Positions 1 to 13,670 of a stretch of DNA of 64,000 bases are shown here, in pieces. The translations under genes and the position numbers were made by a program. How positions within the stretch are numbered: the first letter of the stretch is position 1; every line of letters begins with the position of its first letter. The notes beneath the pieces were generated by a model. The model was given only the letters and a program-made list of their open reading frames with translations. It searched no databases and was not told the origin of the DNA. This DNA comes from Bispira polyomma (lineage: Eukaryota). The DNA lies in NCBI GenBank assembly GCA_965649765.1, contig OZ287753.1, positions 17,732,001 through 17,796,000 of the forward strand, read 5' to 3'.

Positions 1-1808
1 TATTAGAACAGTTAAGTTCAAGATATTTCAACTTATATGTAGTTTATATGGACACATCTATTTTAGCAGTAGAACAATGTATCAGTATATCTGTCCATTC
101 CAGTGTAACTTTTGTGCTTATTAACTTTATTGCTGATTTAATTAATCAGAGAGAAAGAGTAAAAACTGTATATTTACTTTCATAATATGGACATCTGTTG
201 ATTTGTACTATTTTGTACTTTTTAAAAGTAACATAAAAGCCCAAAAAAGGACTGGGTACAAAATCCCTAGAATGAGGTTATTATTGGCTTAGCTTCAATT
301 TTTTTCTTCTTGTTATTGTAGGAATATAGTCTGTGAGTACCTGCTTTATTGCCAATTAGACTGAAGGACGGCTTTACCAACAGAAAAAGGGACCGGGGCC
401 AAATCAAGTTCGAGGATTTTTTATTGCTATTATAAAGACCGATAATAGTATACTTTATAGCGATTAAAAATATAATTTCCACGTCTCTGTGAAGTCTTTA
501 TATCCACATCATTCTCTATAAAATGTTTTGGTTGAAATTGTAAGAATAGAAAATATGTCTATGTTACTTGCCGTTTTGCAACCAATAGCTGTTTTGAAAT
601 ATCCATGGCCATTTCGGGACCTTTGCTAAGTTCTGAAATGGCTCGGCTGTTTCGATACCAATCTTAGTCATGAAATGGCCAAGATAAATAGGTGGCCGTT
701 TTGAAACCGTCCTGGGCCATTTCGAAACTGCCAAGGTCTGCATTCGGCCAGCTACAATTATACATGCTTAACCTTTTCCATTTTTATATTTTAGAACACA
801 ACAGGGTCAATTATAACATACATTAAATTAAAAATATTAAGTATTTATTTTGAAAGATAAATATTAAAAACATGGAATAATATCTTTTAAATGTTTGGTC
901 TGTTCCACTACAAAATACACTTACGAATTGCACAATGACTGATTTTGAGTACGATGCTGACTTCTGGTCTTTATAATCTCAAATTGTTTTAATATATATT
1001 ACCAACCTGCATTTAGTAGTATTTTGCAACAAACTGAACATCAAACTTTAGTAAACGTCAGTATTGTTCCCTATATATGACTTAAGCTATACTTTTGACC
1101 GCCAATAACCCCCCCCCCCCCACCCACCCACCCACCCCTTTCTTATCATCCACACACACACACACACCAGCACCATATATAATACCATAATCGAAATCCC
1201 ATGCTCATCCAAATCACAACATTCAGACACCCATTTCCCTAATTGCTATGATTTGGCATGTCACTTCTAGATGAACAAAAGCTTCACTTCCACACATTTT
1301 CCACATCAGATGAGCAATCATATTTTGCTGCCAACAATTTCTGATTGACGACTATGCACTTGCGGTTTACAGCTTTGGAAATGTACAAGTGGATGTATTC
1401 ACTTATGAAATTATTTTACCTAAACAGCTAAGAGATAGTGATATTTGCAATTTCTATTCATCCTAAAAATGGCCAATAGTGAAAATAAGTTCCAGTGCCA
1501 ATATATTTTTCTTGCAAGTTGTAATTTACTGCCAAAGTTTGCTTCCAGCGCCAATATCTCACTTGTACAACAAGCATTTCTGTCTTTCTGTCTGTGTGTC
1601 TATCGCCCATGGTTGTAATGGTAGCTAATGAGTGAGGCACGCGGAGACCAATTACAGGACTTGTGGTAAATGACAAAGTAGCCAAGAAAAATCTGCCTAA
1701 ATCTGACAGGTTTAGCCCAGTTCTTGTGTGTGGGCTGATGGATGGTCACAAGTAGAAACTAGACGGCTTCTAGATCATTGAGTATAATAGAGATGCTTTA
1801 AGTTTTTA

Positions 1809-2175
1809 TCAGGCACAGCCCGGTATTGCTTTCACTCTGAAAAGGGAGTGGCCATTAAGGTAAGCGCCACCATATGGGAAATAATATGTAAGGCCCTTTT
1901 TTTTTGATTGGTTTGAAGCAACCAACCCATTCAAACTAAGGAGTGTCAGATTTATTTTAGGCCTATCTGAAATCGACATCCCAGGCAGCCTCAATCATTC
2001 CAGATACCGTTGAAGCTATTACCCCTCCTGCTTTTAATTTTGGGATTTGGCATTTTACCAAATTTTAATACATTAAAATAAATTCTGTATAGCCGTGAAA
2101 TACAAACACAGGGGTTGCTAAATTAATATTTCTTACACAGTGCACTTGTGTCTTTTTTTAAAGACAACTCTTGTT
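1809..2175 (+). repeat. Dispersed non-coding repeat family (probable non-autonomous DNA element)
   Basis: Shared core 'gcgccacca..gaaataatatgtaaggcc..gattggtt.gaagcaa' recurs at about 24625-24835 (+), 2720-2810 (-), 33100-33370 (-) and 62880-62975 (-). Confidence 0.7.
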
Positions 2176-3435
2176 TAACGTTTCTTTCTACACAAAGTCC
2201 TAATTTGCTCCCCAGCATCAATGACTTCCAGGTAGTACTATATAAACAAGATATAAATACACATATTTTCCCATGGCAGAACTATGGGTGATTTGTTTCA
2301 GTTTTTGGACAGCTATTGTCCATAATGTTTTCCAGGATAATGCAGATCTGTTTACTCTAGCCAGAAGCGTGAATTACTTGTGTATGTGTAAAGTTATCCT
2401 GTAAATAAATAAACATGCCAAAGCAAAGAGCCACCCTGCCTTTCGAAGAAGGGAGAGGGGGGGGACCTAATTGAGAGAGAGAGAGTTATTGGCTGCATGG
2501 TCGAGTTTCTTGGTTGGTTTACCATTCGGGATGGTCGTAAAGTACATAAAGATATTAATAACGTCATTACATTTAGTAAGATACTTTAAGGTTAGTCTTT
2601 AAAAATTAATTTTATAAAAAAATTATTCTAATTAAATATCCCATTTTAGTATTTGAATTTAGTTGGGATTTACGTTAGTTTCAGCAGCTGAGGTCATATG
2701 ACAACGGCCAGATATTTCCCCTTGGACTGGTCGATTGCTTTCAACCAATCCATGAAGGCTTACATATTTTTAAGATGCCAGCGCACCTTTCAATGGACAC
2801 TAAGCCTGATAAAAACCATTAACCACCATCTTAATACAGAGCCAAATGGTCGTCATCAGTAGGTGAGTTGAACCAGGGACCTTCTGATCACCAGATCAAC
2901 TCACTTACCACTAGCCCACAAACGCTCACATATTTTGAATATGTTATTATTTTTTTAAAAAAAACCACTATAATATTCTAGACTTATGTAAAGTGGGGGT
3001 TCCACATTCAGGATTTGGTCCCCGACCTTCCCGACTTTGAGGTCCGGGACACGTACAGGAAGGTCGGGGACCAAAAACAGGGTGGTCGGAAGGAATATCA
3101 AAAAAGTAACCGGAAGGGACGATATTTACAAAATGGCATTGTTTGTTATGCATGGGAAGTGGTACAATGCTTTAAAACACAGCACAAATTTTGAAAAAAA
3201 AACGTCAAATGCTGCTATTGAGCTGATGAAAATACACTTTGCTGTAGTGGTGTTTATGGAATGGCTGGTATGTTATCAGAAAACACTTCTTTACATTCGC
3301 CTAGTCAGATTTTAGATTTAAATAGAAATGTATAGATAGTTACCCTAGATATACAGATTATATATGCAGTTATAAAAGTTAGTGGAATAGTTGAATGTGT
3401 TCGTCACTTTATATCTGTTTAAAATTAACATAAAT

Positions 3436-3600
3436 TGGTGGTCTCCTGTGGTCTAGTGGTTGATGATCAGAAGGTCCCCCGGTTAAACTCCCAGTGGAAG
3501 ACTTGGTCTGGTGATCAGAAGGTCCCCGGTTCAACGCCTGCTACTGCCACTGGGTTCATTGTTGGGATAACATGCAATTGCCAACTAATGATAACCCAGG
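3436..3600 (+). mobile_element. tRNA-headed SINE fragment with duplicated head
   Basis: A-box-like TGGTCTAGTGG and B-box-like GGTTCAACGCC. The 'tgatcagaaggtcccc' motif also occurs inverted at about 2870-2920, 5400-5450 and 32295-32350. Confidence 0.55.
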
Positions 3601-4871
3601 CTATGTTGTAGGACACAAAATTGGTTGATTTATTCGGTTGTTGCATTTTAGAAGATGCTTCCCATCAATAAAGCATGTTAAAAATATACAATAATACACT
3701 ATATTGTGATCTTGTTAAAAAGAAGAGCATACATATCCATTATAATGTGGGGGTTTAAATAAAGAAAGCTAAATCGTTTTTCTCTGTTATACCACATGCT
3801 TACAGACCTGGGTGGGTTATCCATTGCCGTCAGTATTTGTGGTAACAAGGTGATTGATGGCCTCATTCGAATGGACAAATTAATAGACTGTCTCCGAGTC
3901 TTGTAGCACGAAAGGGAAATGATGTTAAAGGGGGAATAAATGGCACAGATAGAACTAGCATTTAGTTGTTCTTGTCTCTCAATAAAAAAATGTTTTTTTT
4001 AAATTTCTGTGGGGTACATTGGTTGGTCTTTGTGTTCTTGTTTTCCTTAATGTTTTGGTTATGTTCCCATGATACAAGAGAGGTTTTCATTGCAAACAAA
4101 ACATATATAGGCTAGATTGCAGAGAATAGAGGCTAGTAAGCTTTTAATGAAATATAATGGAAAGAAGAATTAAAAGCATGTTCTCACCAGATTCAATATG
4201 GCCACTTGCAAAAGTTATAAAATACAAAGTCAACAAACAAAAAGGAATGTATAAGGAACGAGAGATAAATGCATACATTTATTATTGATCTCTTTTAAGT
4301 AAACTTCAGGTTGTTTCAATTTATGTATTATTGCGATATCTTTAGAGTAGATTTGACGTCATTTAAATTTATGTTTTATTGCTATATCTTTTTAGTATAA
4401 TTCACGTTATTTTAATTCATGTATCATTGCTATCTATTTTGAGAAATATTTCACGATTTTAAATTAATTTAATCCTTGCTATTTGAAAGTTGCTGGATCA
4501 TGTGAAAACAATAGAAGGCAACTGAAATAAGAATAAGAATCGCATAGAGAATGCATTATCATCAATTTGATGCTAAAATGCTTTAAGATAAGTAGTAAAA
4601 ATTAGCGTGTGAGTCTATAATAATAAAGAACACTTGGGAATTTGACCCAGTTCTTTGACATTTTTAAATCCAGAAAACGTGTGTTCCATCTTAATGTACA
4701 TGAATCACTTAGCCACACTTCATACCAAACACGGTTTCATGTGTTCTGTGGCTTGTTTTAATCTGTAAATCAGAGATCAGACCAGTTCTTGCTTGTAGTT
4801 TTCACTATTTCATGCAGTTTGTCGCCTCTGAAAGCAATAATCAGATGTTTATGTCTACGTTTTAAGGGCCT

Positions 4872-5180
4872 GAAGGGGCTTCCAAACCGCCGACTACACT
4901 ACACCACTGGAGACGATACGCCACTGTACAACAGTCATATACACACCAAACACGATAATACACTACATAATTCTGATAAAAGTGTGAATGTACTTTTACT
5001 ACATAATACATATAAGGTAATCCAATTACACAATGTCTTTTAGAGATTTCTGCAAGTTAAATTGCAATATCGTGCTGTGCAATGTAGTTTCGTGCTAGGG
5101 CCAGTATAAATAATCAACATAGGTATTCTTATTTCTATTTCATTGTTGTATCATGTAGTCGGCGTTTTTAAAGGGCCTTT
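4872..5180. mobile_element. MITE with terminal inverted repeats
   Basis: Left AAACCGCCGACTACA pairs with right TGTAGTCGGCGTTTTT. A related internal sequence lies at about 19255-19470. Confidence 0.6.
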
Positions 5181-6014
5181 AGCCAACGTTTACATGTAGC
5201 AGACAGATAATGGTGGCTCATTCAAGTGTTATCATATAGCCTATGTTACAGACAGATGCTGTTGTTTTAAATATTATTGAAGTATCATTATATATCACCC
5301 TATTGAGATATCATCCTCCAAAGCACTCGATCTCCAAAATGGATATAGTCCTGCAACAAAGCCGGGGTTATCATCACTAGACAATGAGGTGTTCACCGGA
5401 AGTTGAACTGAGAACCTTCCCATCACGAGACTAACTCCCTAACCACTCTGCCTCAGGTGACCATACAATGTTAAGTACAAATATATGGTACCTACTCTTT
5501 GATAATCAACATTTGAAAACTCCTACAATTTTATTTATATTGACTTTATACAGTGTTTCAAAGCCAGTTCCAAGCGACTTTGTCAGGCTGCATGGAAGTG
5601 AACAAATGTTTGACCAAAAAAAAACACCTAATCTGATTGGCACATATAAAAGACGGGATTGGTGACATGGAAGTGTGGGCTAACTGTCTGTGGTAGAGTA
5701 TATTACCCATAATAATTCTGGGGTATTTTTCTTTAGTAAGAGTTCTTTGTAGCCATTTTTCTTGTTGACCAGAACATTTAGCCTTCCTGAAGGCTCCAAT
5801 TATTGCCCGTCATTGTTAATGAGCCAACAATAAATTTGTGGCATAATAAAATACCTTCCTGGGTAAACATCATTATTTTACTAGTTTACGTCCACCTTGT
5901 AAATATTAGTTTACAAATAAAGCAAGGACAAATAACTTTTAGGAGACTTTATTTTTTAAATAAATAAAGATACAATCTGGGTGGGCGTGAATTTGTCCTG
6001 GGCGTGAATTGGTA

Positions 6015-6245
6015 TGGCCTCAATGGTGGTAGTGGTAAAACGCTCGCCTCCCGTCACTAGCGTTGTGAGTTCAAATCTTGGTCTTGGCATGTATGTGGTA
6101 AACTTGGCTTGCTTAAAGACTGGTGGTTAAAAGAATAGAAAACCTTGACCAACTACCCCTGTTCTGATGTCGTCTCCACCAGTGAACTACCTACCGTGAT
6201 ATATATTACACAAAATATGTTGAAAGGGACAAACAATGCCTAAAC
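6015..6245 (+). mobile_element. tRNA-derived SINE (Meta-SINE-like 3' end)
   Basis: A-box 'tggtggtagtggtaaaacgctcgcc', B-box 'gagttcaaatc', 3' end 'tgttgaaagggac'. Related copies at about 13035-13250 (-), 13997-14190, 33855-34040, 34375-34600, 36520-36750 and 53712-53793. Confidence 0.6.
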
Positions 6246-6659
6246 CATATCAAATTGTGACAAATTATTACCTTACTAGGAAGTATAGTTCAACAATCAC
6301 AACAACATCATATACTAACACCTCGGGTAAGGCTACATGTAAGGTGGACATAAACTAGAATACTGTCAGTTGTCAAATTAGTAGTTGTATTAATGTGTTG
6401 AGAGGCAGTGATTTGTACCTCTGTAATTATGTGCAGCAATTTTGCATAGTAATTTTTCCAATGTGCGTTCGGATTAAGATGGTCATGTTGTTAGATCTTT
6501 GACCTTATTTCTGAAAGAAGACACAGTTGAAGCTGTCCTGATTTGTGTACAAAGTCTATTCCATTATGATGAAGTTGTCACATTGAAGCTACGAGAGCCC
6601 ATATTTACTCGATGGTATGGTTTAAGCTTCAGTCTGAGTAATCAGGGTCAATATTCTTC

Positions 6660-6865
6660 AAACTAAACTCAAGCTAAAACTCATACTCAAATATAAAGGC
6701 TATATATACGTCCTTGTACAGGGAAGTAACCTATACATGTAACCATTTACATGAATAGAGGTTTCTGCACTGAATTCAAATATGCAGTCAGGGTTAATTT
6801 AACATCACTCCAATAGAGATATGGGGACTTCAGATTTAAGCTTGAGTTTGAGTTGAGCTCGAGGC
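6660..6865. mobile_element. Small MITE family with AAACTCA/TGAGTTT ends
   Basis: 'aaactcaagctaaaactc' ... 'cttgagtttgagttgag'. Related copies at about 11070-11260, 14600-14780 and 20945-21050. Confidence 0.55.
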
Positions 6866-8613
6866 ACCCAGATGTCCTAAAAACTTTTTCATATACTTTT
6901 CTATAAATCTCACATATGTAACTACCTCTTCAAATATCTCTTGTATGGACCAGCTATAACTGTAAGTTATTGGGGAGCTTGTGACATATTAAAATTCAAC
7001 AAAAGACAATGTCATGGATAGCTACAATATTTTTGGGGGGCTAAGGAAAGGCCAGTTTTAAGCTGTCCCAGCTTGGAGTCTAAATTGAGCGTGAGATTTA
7101 TTTGAAAACACGACCACCGGTGTTTTATCCTTTTACAAGAGAATGGCAGTTACTAGCTCTTGTTGAAAAGGTGAATACGTGTTTGGAATCTAATCTTATC
7201 TCATCTAGTAATTTTTAGGCGCCATGACACTATAATCATAGGCAAAATTGATAATATGAGGGGTATAGCTAAGGTCGTTAACAATTTGGAATTCTGTAAT
7301 CCCAGACTAAGGAAGAGTACACAAAAAGTATTAATCAAAAAAAAATCAGAACAACTTCTTTGAAAACCTTAAGGAATTCAGAAGTTAAAATTTATAGATT
7401 TATATTTTTATAAAAACACTTTAATATACTCTGATTTCAAGCATCCATTTGGTTTTTCTGGTTTGAATCAGCTGCACATGGTTAATATGACAACCAAATA
7501 TAATCAAATACACCTGTCTCACAAAGCACAGTGAATGAAAGTGTTACTTAAAATGTACATCATTAGGCTTTATTGTGAGTACTTGGTCAGTTTAATGGAG
7601 AAGTGCTACAAATTTGTGTGGTAAAATGAAGCAGACGGCAGGGAGCCTCTAGAATTCTGTATTGGAAAGGAAAGTCCATCTAAACATACACATAATTGCA
7701 TTAGTAATTAACCGAGTGCTGGGACTGTGGATAGCATGCAAATATTCATAGAATGATGACAATTTCATTTGATGGGCTCTGTGATGGATTTCTTGGCTAA
7801 TTTTGATTGCCAAAGACATGTTGACTTGGTAGGAACGTGCCTTTCAGAATCTCCTGAAGCCAAAATCCAACATTAAGCCAAGTGAATGCCAGATCTTTCT
7901 GCTTGTTATTAATAGTGTGTATGATTATCAACTGATTAGAACTGACTGAACTATACTTTACTGTCAGATGGTAATTAATCAAGTCAGTGTAGTGTTTAGT
8001 GCTTCTGAGTCTTAACGTAACTTGTCAGTCTGGAATACGCCCCTTATTTTTAGGCCAAGGAAAATTCCAGAGGAAAATCTCCACTCTAGAGTTTAACAAG
8101 CTAAGCGTATTAGTTTTGTGTTAAATTTTAGAGAAATCAATGGTAAAAGGTCTAGTTTTGATTTTGAGTTTAAAAGAAAAATCCACAAAATATAATTTGT
8201 ACAAAACCTGGTGTAGTTCTTTTAACACAGAATTCAGAATGTGCATAAAAAAAATATTTATGGGGCTTTTTCACACATTCAGAGCTTTCCTAAAAATATG
8301 TTTTTTTATTTTTGAACAATATCATTGGGAACAATACATTAAATACCACCATACAAACAGTCAACACATTTAAATTGTGTATTAAAAAATAGGATTTCAG
8401 GCAACATACTGTATCATATAACAATTTTTGGTTTGGTCTTTAAAACTTTTGTTCTCTAGCAAAACACCTAGTCAGGAGACATTATGAGTTTAGTGCCATT
8501 GTTCCACTTTTGCCTTTAAAATAATTATTATAATTGTAGTAATTAGATCATATACTGACCAGTCTGTCACTAGACATATATGACTAGATTTACAAATGAA
8601 GGCCTAGTTTCTT

Positions 8614-8812
8614 CTCTCATAACATGGTGACAGTCTGACTGTTCTGTCTATCCATATATTACCCTTTCATAACATTGTGACAGTCTGGCTGTTGTGTTCA
8701 TTCCTATATTACCCTCCCATAACATGGTGACAGTCTAGCTGTTCTGTCCATTCATATAATACCCTCTCATAACATGGTGACAGTCTGGCTGATCTGACCA
8801 TTCATATTACCC
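8614..8812. repeat. Four 50-bp tandem units; the last overlaps the GPCR C-terminal codons and stop
   Basis: Unit CTCTCATAACATGGTGACAGTCTGGCTGTTCTGTCCATTCATATATTACC starts at about 8614, 8664, 8714 and 8764. Confidence 0.95.
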
Positions 8813-10155
8813 ACCACGATACATTTCTCATCCGATTCCACGCGAGTGTCTGTCAAGTGAAGGTCAGGCTTCAGAGACAGAGTTCCGTTGCCATTTGTCG
8901 TCTTAGTTAATGCCTGCATTTCCTCCTCTGATGTTGGGGACAGGTTCCCAGCTTTCCCTGACCTAGAGACAACACTTTTAGTTGTCCGCGTAGAGATTGT
9001 GGTGGTCGCCGTAGTAGTGGTCGCCTTAGCGCTCCGCTTCCCTGGGGCCATACTGTGGTCATCGTGTAGGGCACGGTTTACCTCCGCCTCTGTCGCACAC
9101 TTAAATGCCTTCATGAAACTTTTTCTGAAGTTCTCACTGATGAAGGCATATAGTACAGGATTCATCATGGAGTTGGCATAACTCAGGACTGTGATGATTT
9201 GGAACAGCGCTATAGTCCACATTGGCATATGGTCCACATGGTTGAGGACGATCTGAAACACCCAATATGGCAACCAGCAGATGATGTAGACTGTGATCAC
9301 GGTTAACACCATGTGGGTGACTTTCTTATGGGACTTCTTCTTCTCTTTGGACTTATGCTTGGCACCCACGTCTTTCAGCTTCAGGATGACCAATGAGTAG
9401 AAGACAACGATCAGACACACTGGCACAGCGAATCCAAGCATAAGGGCGTACCAGATAAATGCCTTGTGATTAGGGATTGAACCATTGGGCGGCCACTCAA
9501 TGGTGCAGGAGACGCCTGTCCCATCCTTGTTAGGCATGGTGGTGGTGTAGAGCACCATAGGTAGCATGGCCAGTAAGGAGGCCGACCAGACACAGACACA
9601 GACAATGCGCGAGATAATGGGTGTCCTAAATCGCATGGAGGTGAAGGGGTGGCATATGGCCAGGTACCGGTCAGCACTCATGGCTGTTAGGGTGAACACG
9701 CTGGTGTACCAGTTGATAGAGGTGCTGATGTAGAAGAGCTTACAGATGACAAAGCCAAAGATCCACTTGTGCACGATAGAGGTGATGATGAGTATCGGCA
9801 ATCCTATAAGGAAGCAGAGGTCAGCCACCGCCAGGTTAAGAATGTACATGTTGGTTACGGTCTTCATCTTAGTGTAGCGGAGCACTACAAAGATTACCAG
9901 ACCATTGCCCATTAGTCCAGTCACACAAATCAATGTATACAAGGCTGCGGAAACTACACTCATTGTATCCACACTCACATAGCCACCGGAGTTAGAGTCC
10001 GGATCGGTAAGATTCCCAGAGTGATTGCTGACGTTGCTGTGATTATTGACATAATTCCCGCCAGTCCAGCTGTTATTGACCATGATGTTGATGTCTTCAC
10101 CCCAGGGGGTGCTGCTAGCAGTACTGGGTTTATGGTGGACTTCTACCTCTACCAT
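8767..10155 (-). CDS. AstC-R: Class A neuropeptide GPCR, allatostatin-C/somatostatin receptor family, 462 aa, single coding exon
   Basis: Seven hydrophobic segments with GN (TM1), NLAVAD (TM2), SADRY, CWLPYW and NPVLY motifs. 'LRYTKMKTVTNMYILNLA' is typical of SSTR/AstC-R. N-terminus has several N-x-S/T sites. In-frame TAG 9 nt upstream of the ATG fixes the start. C-terminus -VTML fits a class I PDZ ligand. Confidence 0.9.
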   Translation of the reverse strand: MVEVEVHHKPSTASSTPWGEDINIMVNNSWTGGNYVNNHSNVSNHSGNLTDPDSNSGGYVSVDTMSVVSAALYTLICVTGLMGNGLVIFVVLRYTKMKTVTNMYILNLAVADLCFLIGLPILIITSIVHKWIFGFVICKLFYISTSINWYTSVFTLTAMSADRYLAICHPFTSMRFRTPIISRIVCVCVWSASLLAMLPMVLYTTTMPNKDGTGVSCTIEWPPNGSIPNHKAFIWYALMLGFAVPVCLIVVFYSLVILKLKDVGAKHKSKEKKKSHKKVTHMVLTVITVYIICWLPYWVFQIVLNHVDHMPMWTIALFQIITVLSYANSMMNPVLYAFISENFRKSFMKAFKCATEAEVNRALHDDHSMAPGKRSAKATTTTATTTISTRTTKSVVSRSGKAGNLSPTSEEEMQALTKTTNGNGTLSLKPDLHLTDTRVESDEKCIVVGNMNGQISQTVTML

Positions 10156-10232
10156 TGTCTTCTACACATTAGATGTATATCTGTGTGGGAGGGTGGGGTT
10201 GGAGATCTCTCAACACGGGGTCCAGCTGTGAG

Positions 10233-10255
10233 CTGCAACATATTAAGTAGAACAT
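10233..10255 (-). promoter_or_regulatory. Probable splice acceptor of the GPCR coding exon (5' UTR intron upstream)
   Basis: Minus strand TTCTACTTAATATGTTGCAG|CTCACAG, 77 nt upstream of the ATG. Confidence 0.5.
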
Positions 10256-11676
10256 ATTGACGTTGGATTACAAAAGCCAAGCAGAGAGATATATCTATCT
10301 AAAGATATGTGGTAGGATGATTTGCTTCTGTCAAAAATGTGTTTATCTACATTACTAATGATACAGAACCGTACAAAGTTCATACAGATGAATGCTTTTG
10401 ATAAGAAAACATTCCACAATACTTTCTCTAAATGAGGTTTATAGACTTAGTTTGTTTGTTGTTGTTTTTGTTTCATATTAAGCTCAATTATACAAAAGAT
10501 TTGCACAAAATGGTTCTCTGGTATATCTAGATAAGCATCTTTTTAGTTGTCAACCTTTGCTTAATAGCCAAACCCATAATATTGAAATGTTGACTTATTA
10601 GAATAAAAGACCTGTGAAAATATACATCTTTATCTATTTGACCATAACACTAAATTTTCATACATGTATTCACAAGCTGAGGCGTCCATGAACACAGGGA
10701 AGTAATTGATTTATGTCTATGTTGATGTCATTTATTTGTAAAACAATTGGCTAACAACATACATTTTTTACAGTTGAACCAGAACATACTGTTGGATTAA
10801 AGGGTAATGTCCCTGGGAATATGTATAACATAATACTCTAAATAAGCATTTATCATTAACCTAAAATTATCAACTACTATTCCCTGTATGACGTCACTTG
10901 TTATTGGTTTAACATCCATCGATTTCTGTTGCAATTTCAAAAAGGAAATGACTTACAGTACCCATTAAAACAATTTTCCAACACATTTAGATTATCCATT
11001 ATAAGGCTAATAGCAACTTGAAAGCACCGTGCACTGTGGACGTATTCTCGAGAGATCTCTGACAATTCTGACTCAAACTCAAATCTGAAGTCCGCATAGA
11101 TCTGACTAGAATTAAAATGAATGGTCACACGTAGGAGTTTATTCCATATAACAGGACTTCTACACATAGCCTTAATTTAAATGGTCACAAGTAGAGGTTT
11201 ATTCTATATAAAAGGACTTCTACACATACCCTTTATTTGAATCTGAGTTTGAGTTTCTGACCTGGTCTTCGGAATGCAGAGATACCTTAGTGTGTGTAGT
11301 ACTGTTAATGAAGAGGCTGATTCTCATTAAATGTAATATTTGTATCATTTACAATATCTACATGATTCTCATGTTAAAATGGCTGTGTAACCGTGTAACC
11401 ATCCTTATTCCTTATAATGCCTGTGTGTTTATGCGATCAGGTTTTTTATTAGTGAGTTTCAAAACTAATACAGAAAGGTTTTTGACACAAAAGATGTAAA
11501 TATATTAAACTCACATTAATTGCATAGTTATGGCCCCCAAGGAGGTTATGTTTTTACTCCTGTGTCTTTGTTTTTTTGCTACGTTAGGATCAATTAGATC
11601 TGGATAAAGTTGATGATACTTACTGTGTTTGAGGTGTTACTCATCTACTTTTTGAGATGGTATCAGATGACTGACT

Positions 11677-11986
11677 TAAATGTAAATGTATGTATGTTTA
11701 TAGTCTGATATCACCTCTTTTGAGGTCTCGGCCGACTTCACTGTTTACACCCCCAGCCTGGGTCCTTTCACTTTTCAACCAATTGTTCAGTCTCAGTTCC
11801 ATCAGGAAGCATAGTAGCCATGCTGCCACAGGTACCCATTTATACACCTGGGTAGAGAGGGACAACTTTGTGTAAAGCATCTTGTCCCAAGACACAATTG
11901 TCATGCCTGCAGCAAGGATTGAACCGGGACCCTCAGATCACTTCGATCCAAAATCCAACACTCTTACCACTAGGCTACAGACACCA
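11677..11986 (-). mobile_element. CORE-like SINE
   Basis: tRNA head (tagcctagtgg ... ggttcaatcc), central 'ttgggacaagatgcttt...cccaggtgtataaatgggtacc', short simple-repeat tail. Homologous to 13671-13995. Confidence 0.65.
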
Positions 11987-13670
11987 TATCTAAATCTGTA
12001 GCTGAAGCATACACAATTCTGTTTCTGTTGTTATTGTTTTTTTGTCATGTAACAAACAAACAAACCAACAGACAGTCAGAGACTATAACATAATCTCCTT
12101 AGCAGAGGTAATTGAACTTAATGTTAGGTGTGCCAGTTTTAGTATGTAGTGAGGCAGTAATTTACACTTTCTTATGTACAAGGTGTCAATTCTGTATACC
12201 CAAGTTCCTAATTTATTACATTATAAATTGAAACTTAATATCCTATGAATCACACTGTTGTTTGAGAAGAAACAGTTGAAAGTTGTAGTTCTGAGTGCAA
12301 TTTCATACATTAATCATTCAGGGCTATGTTAAATGATTTTGATGTGAATCAATTTTTAGGGTGCCTCTCAGTCTTGTTTATATTAGGCCCAGAATTTTTA
12401 TGACATATTGTACACAGATATTGTATAACATGGCTTTAAACAGTTATGTACACATTGTAAAACTTTCGTGAGTACAGCTGAAATTCCAAAGAAACTGATG
12501 TGGTGCTAAGAAATAGCTTTGTGGATTTTCTAGAAAATGTGGACAATCCATAAAGATAGCAACTATTTTTTTTTTTGTCAAAAGCGTCAACTGCTTTTTA
12601 TTGTTGTATTGTATTTTGCAATTTTAATGTGTATTATTGTTGCAGAATCAATAAACCAATTGAGAAGTCCCAAAAGACATACCCAATGTTGTAAGCAAGG
12701 ATGTTGCGGTGTATATAGGGAAGAAACTAAGGCTAACTAAGGGTAATGAGGTTTGAAGAGAATTTACAATAATTATTAAAATTTAGTGACCCTTTTTATC
12801 ACTTAGAACCTCTACCAAGAAGGTTAGGTTTTATTCTGGGTCAATTGGTTGGTTGGTTCGTCATCAAGATTAGGGTGGTGAGGTATAGACCAAAGAAGAA
12901 TCCAAAAACTTTAAGTGGATATAATTACAAGAAAATTACAAGTAGATCAATGATTTTTTTAGGCAATGTGGCTCCTATGTGGAGATATGCACTCTGCTGA
13001 TTTTACCTATACTTGACATATACTTCTATTTAATTTAATTCACTTGGGGTTTATGTTGTTTTCAACAGCTTAGGTCATATCACGACGGCCAGAGTCAATG
13101 GTGGAAGAATCCAGTGTTATAGCCACTGAAAACCATTGGCAAGTACCTAACAAAACTTTCCCTCATGAAGAATTTAACAGGATTCTCAAACCTACATTGG
13201 TGAGAGGCCAGTGATTCTGAAGCAGGCACTTCTAACCACTAGGCACTATGTTATTTATTAGCCAGGCTATATGGTGACTTAATTGATCACCAAGCCAATT
13301 ATAATACAGCCTATCTGCCTGTGCCTTAAGGTTCTGAGTGTGATAACGAGGCTGGTTCATGTCTTTGCCTCTCCCCTTTTGGATACATGTTCTAGTTTCC
13401 CCCCTATATAAAGTCACTTCACTAACTCAGTTGGTCTCACATACCCCTCCCAAATACCCTATGTTCACTAATTAAATCAGTTCCCTGATGAGCCCTTTGG
13501 CCTAAAGGCTTGGTGTCCATTGCTGTAGATTTATTAAATATTCTCTGCTACTATGTCCATGGGGAAATGATTTGGGTTTGATGTATACTTGTATGTATAG
13601 GCTGCTTAAGGGTGGAGCATGCATATCTACAATGTCTGTATATAGATACCACATCCTTCTTACAAATGAG

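Noticed and set aside
8888-10260. Antisense and alternative-frame ORFs over the GPCR (and similarly over the E1/E2 ORFs)
   Set aside because: These are shadows of the real coding frames.
13484-13520. CTGATGAG followed by a small stem, resembling a hammerhead ribozyme core
   Set aside because: The stem is followed by TTGG rather than GAAA, and no stems I/III are apparent.
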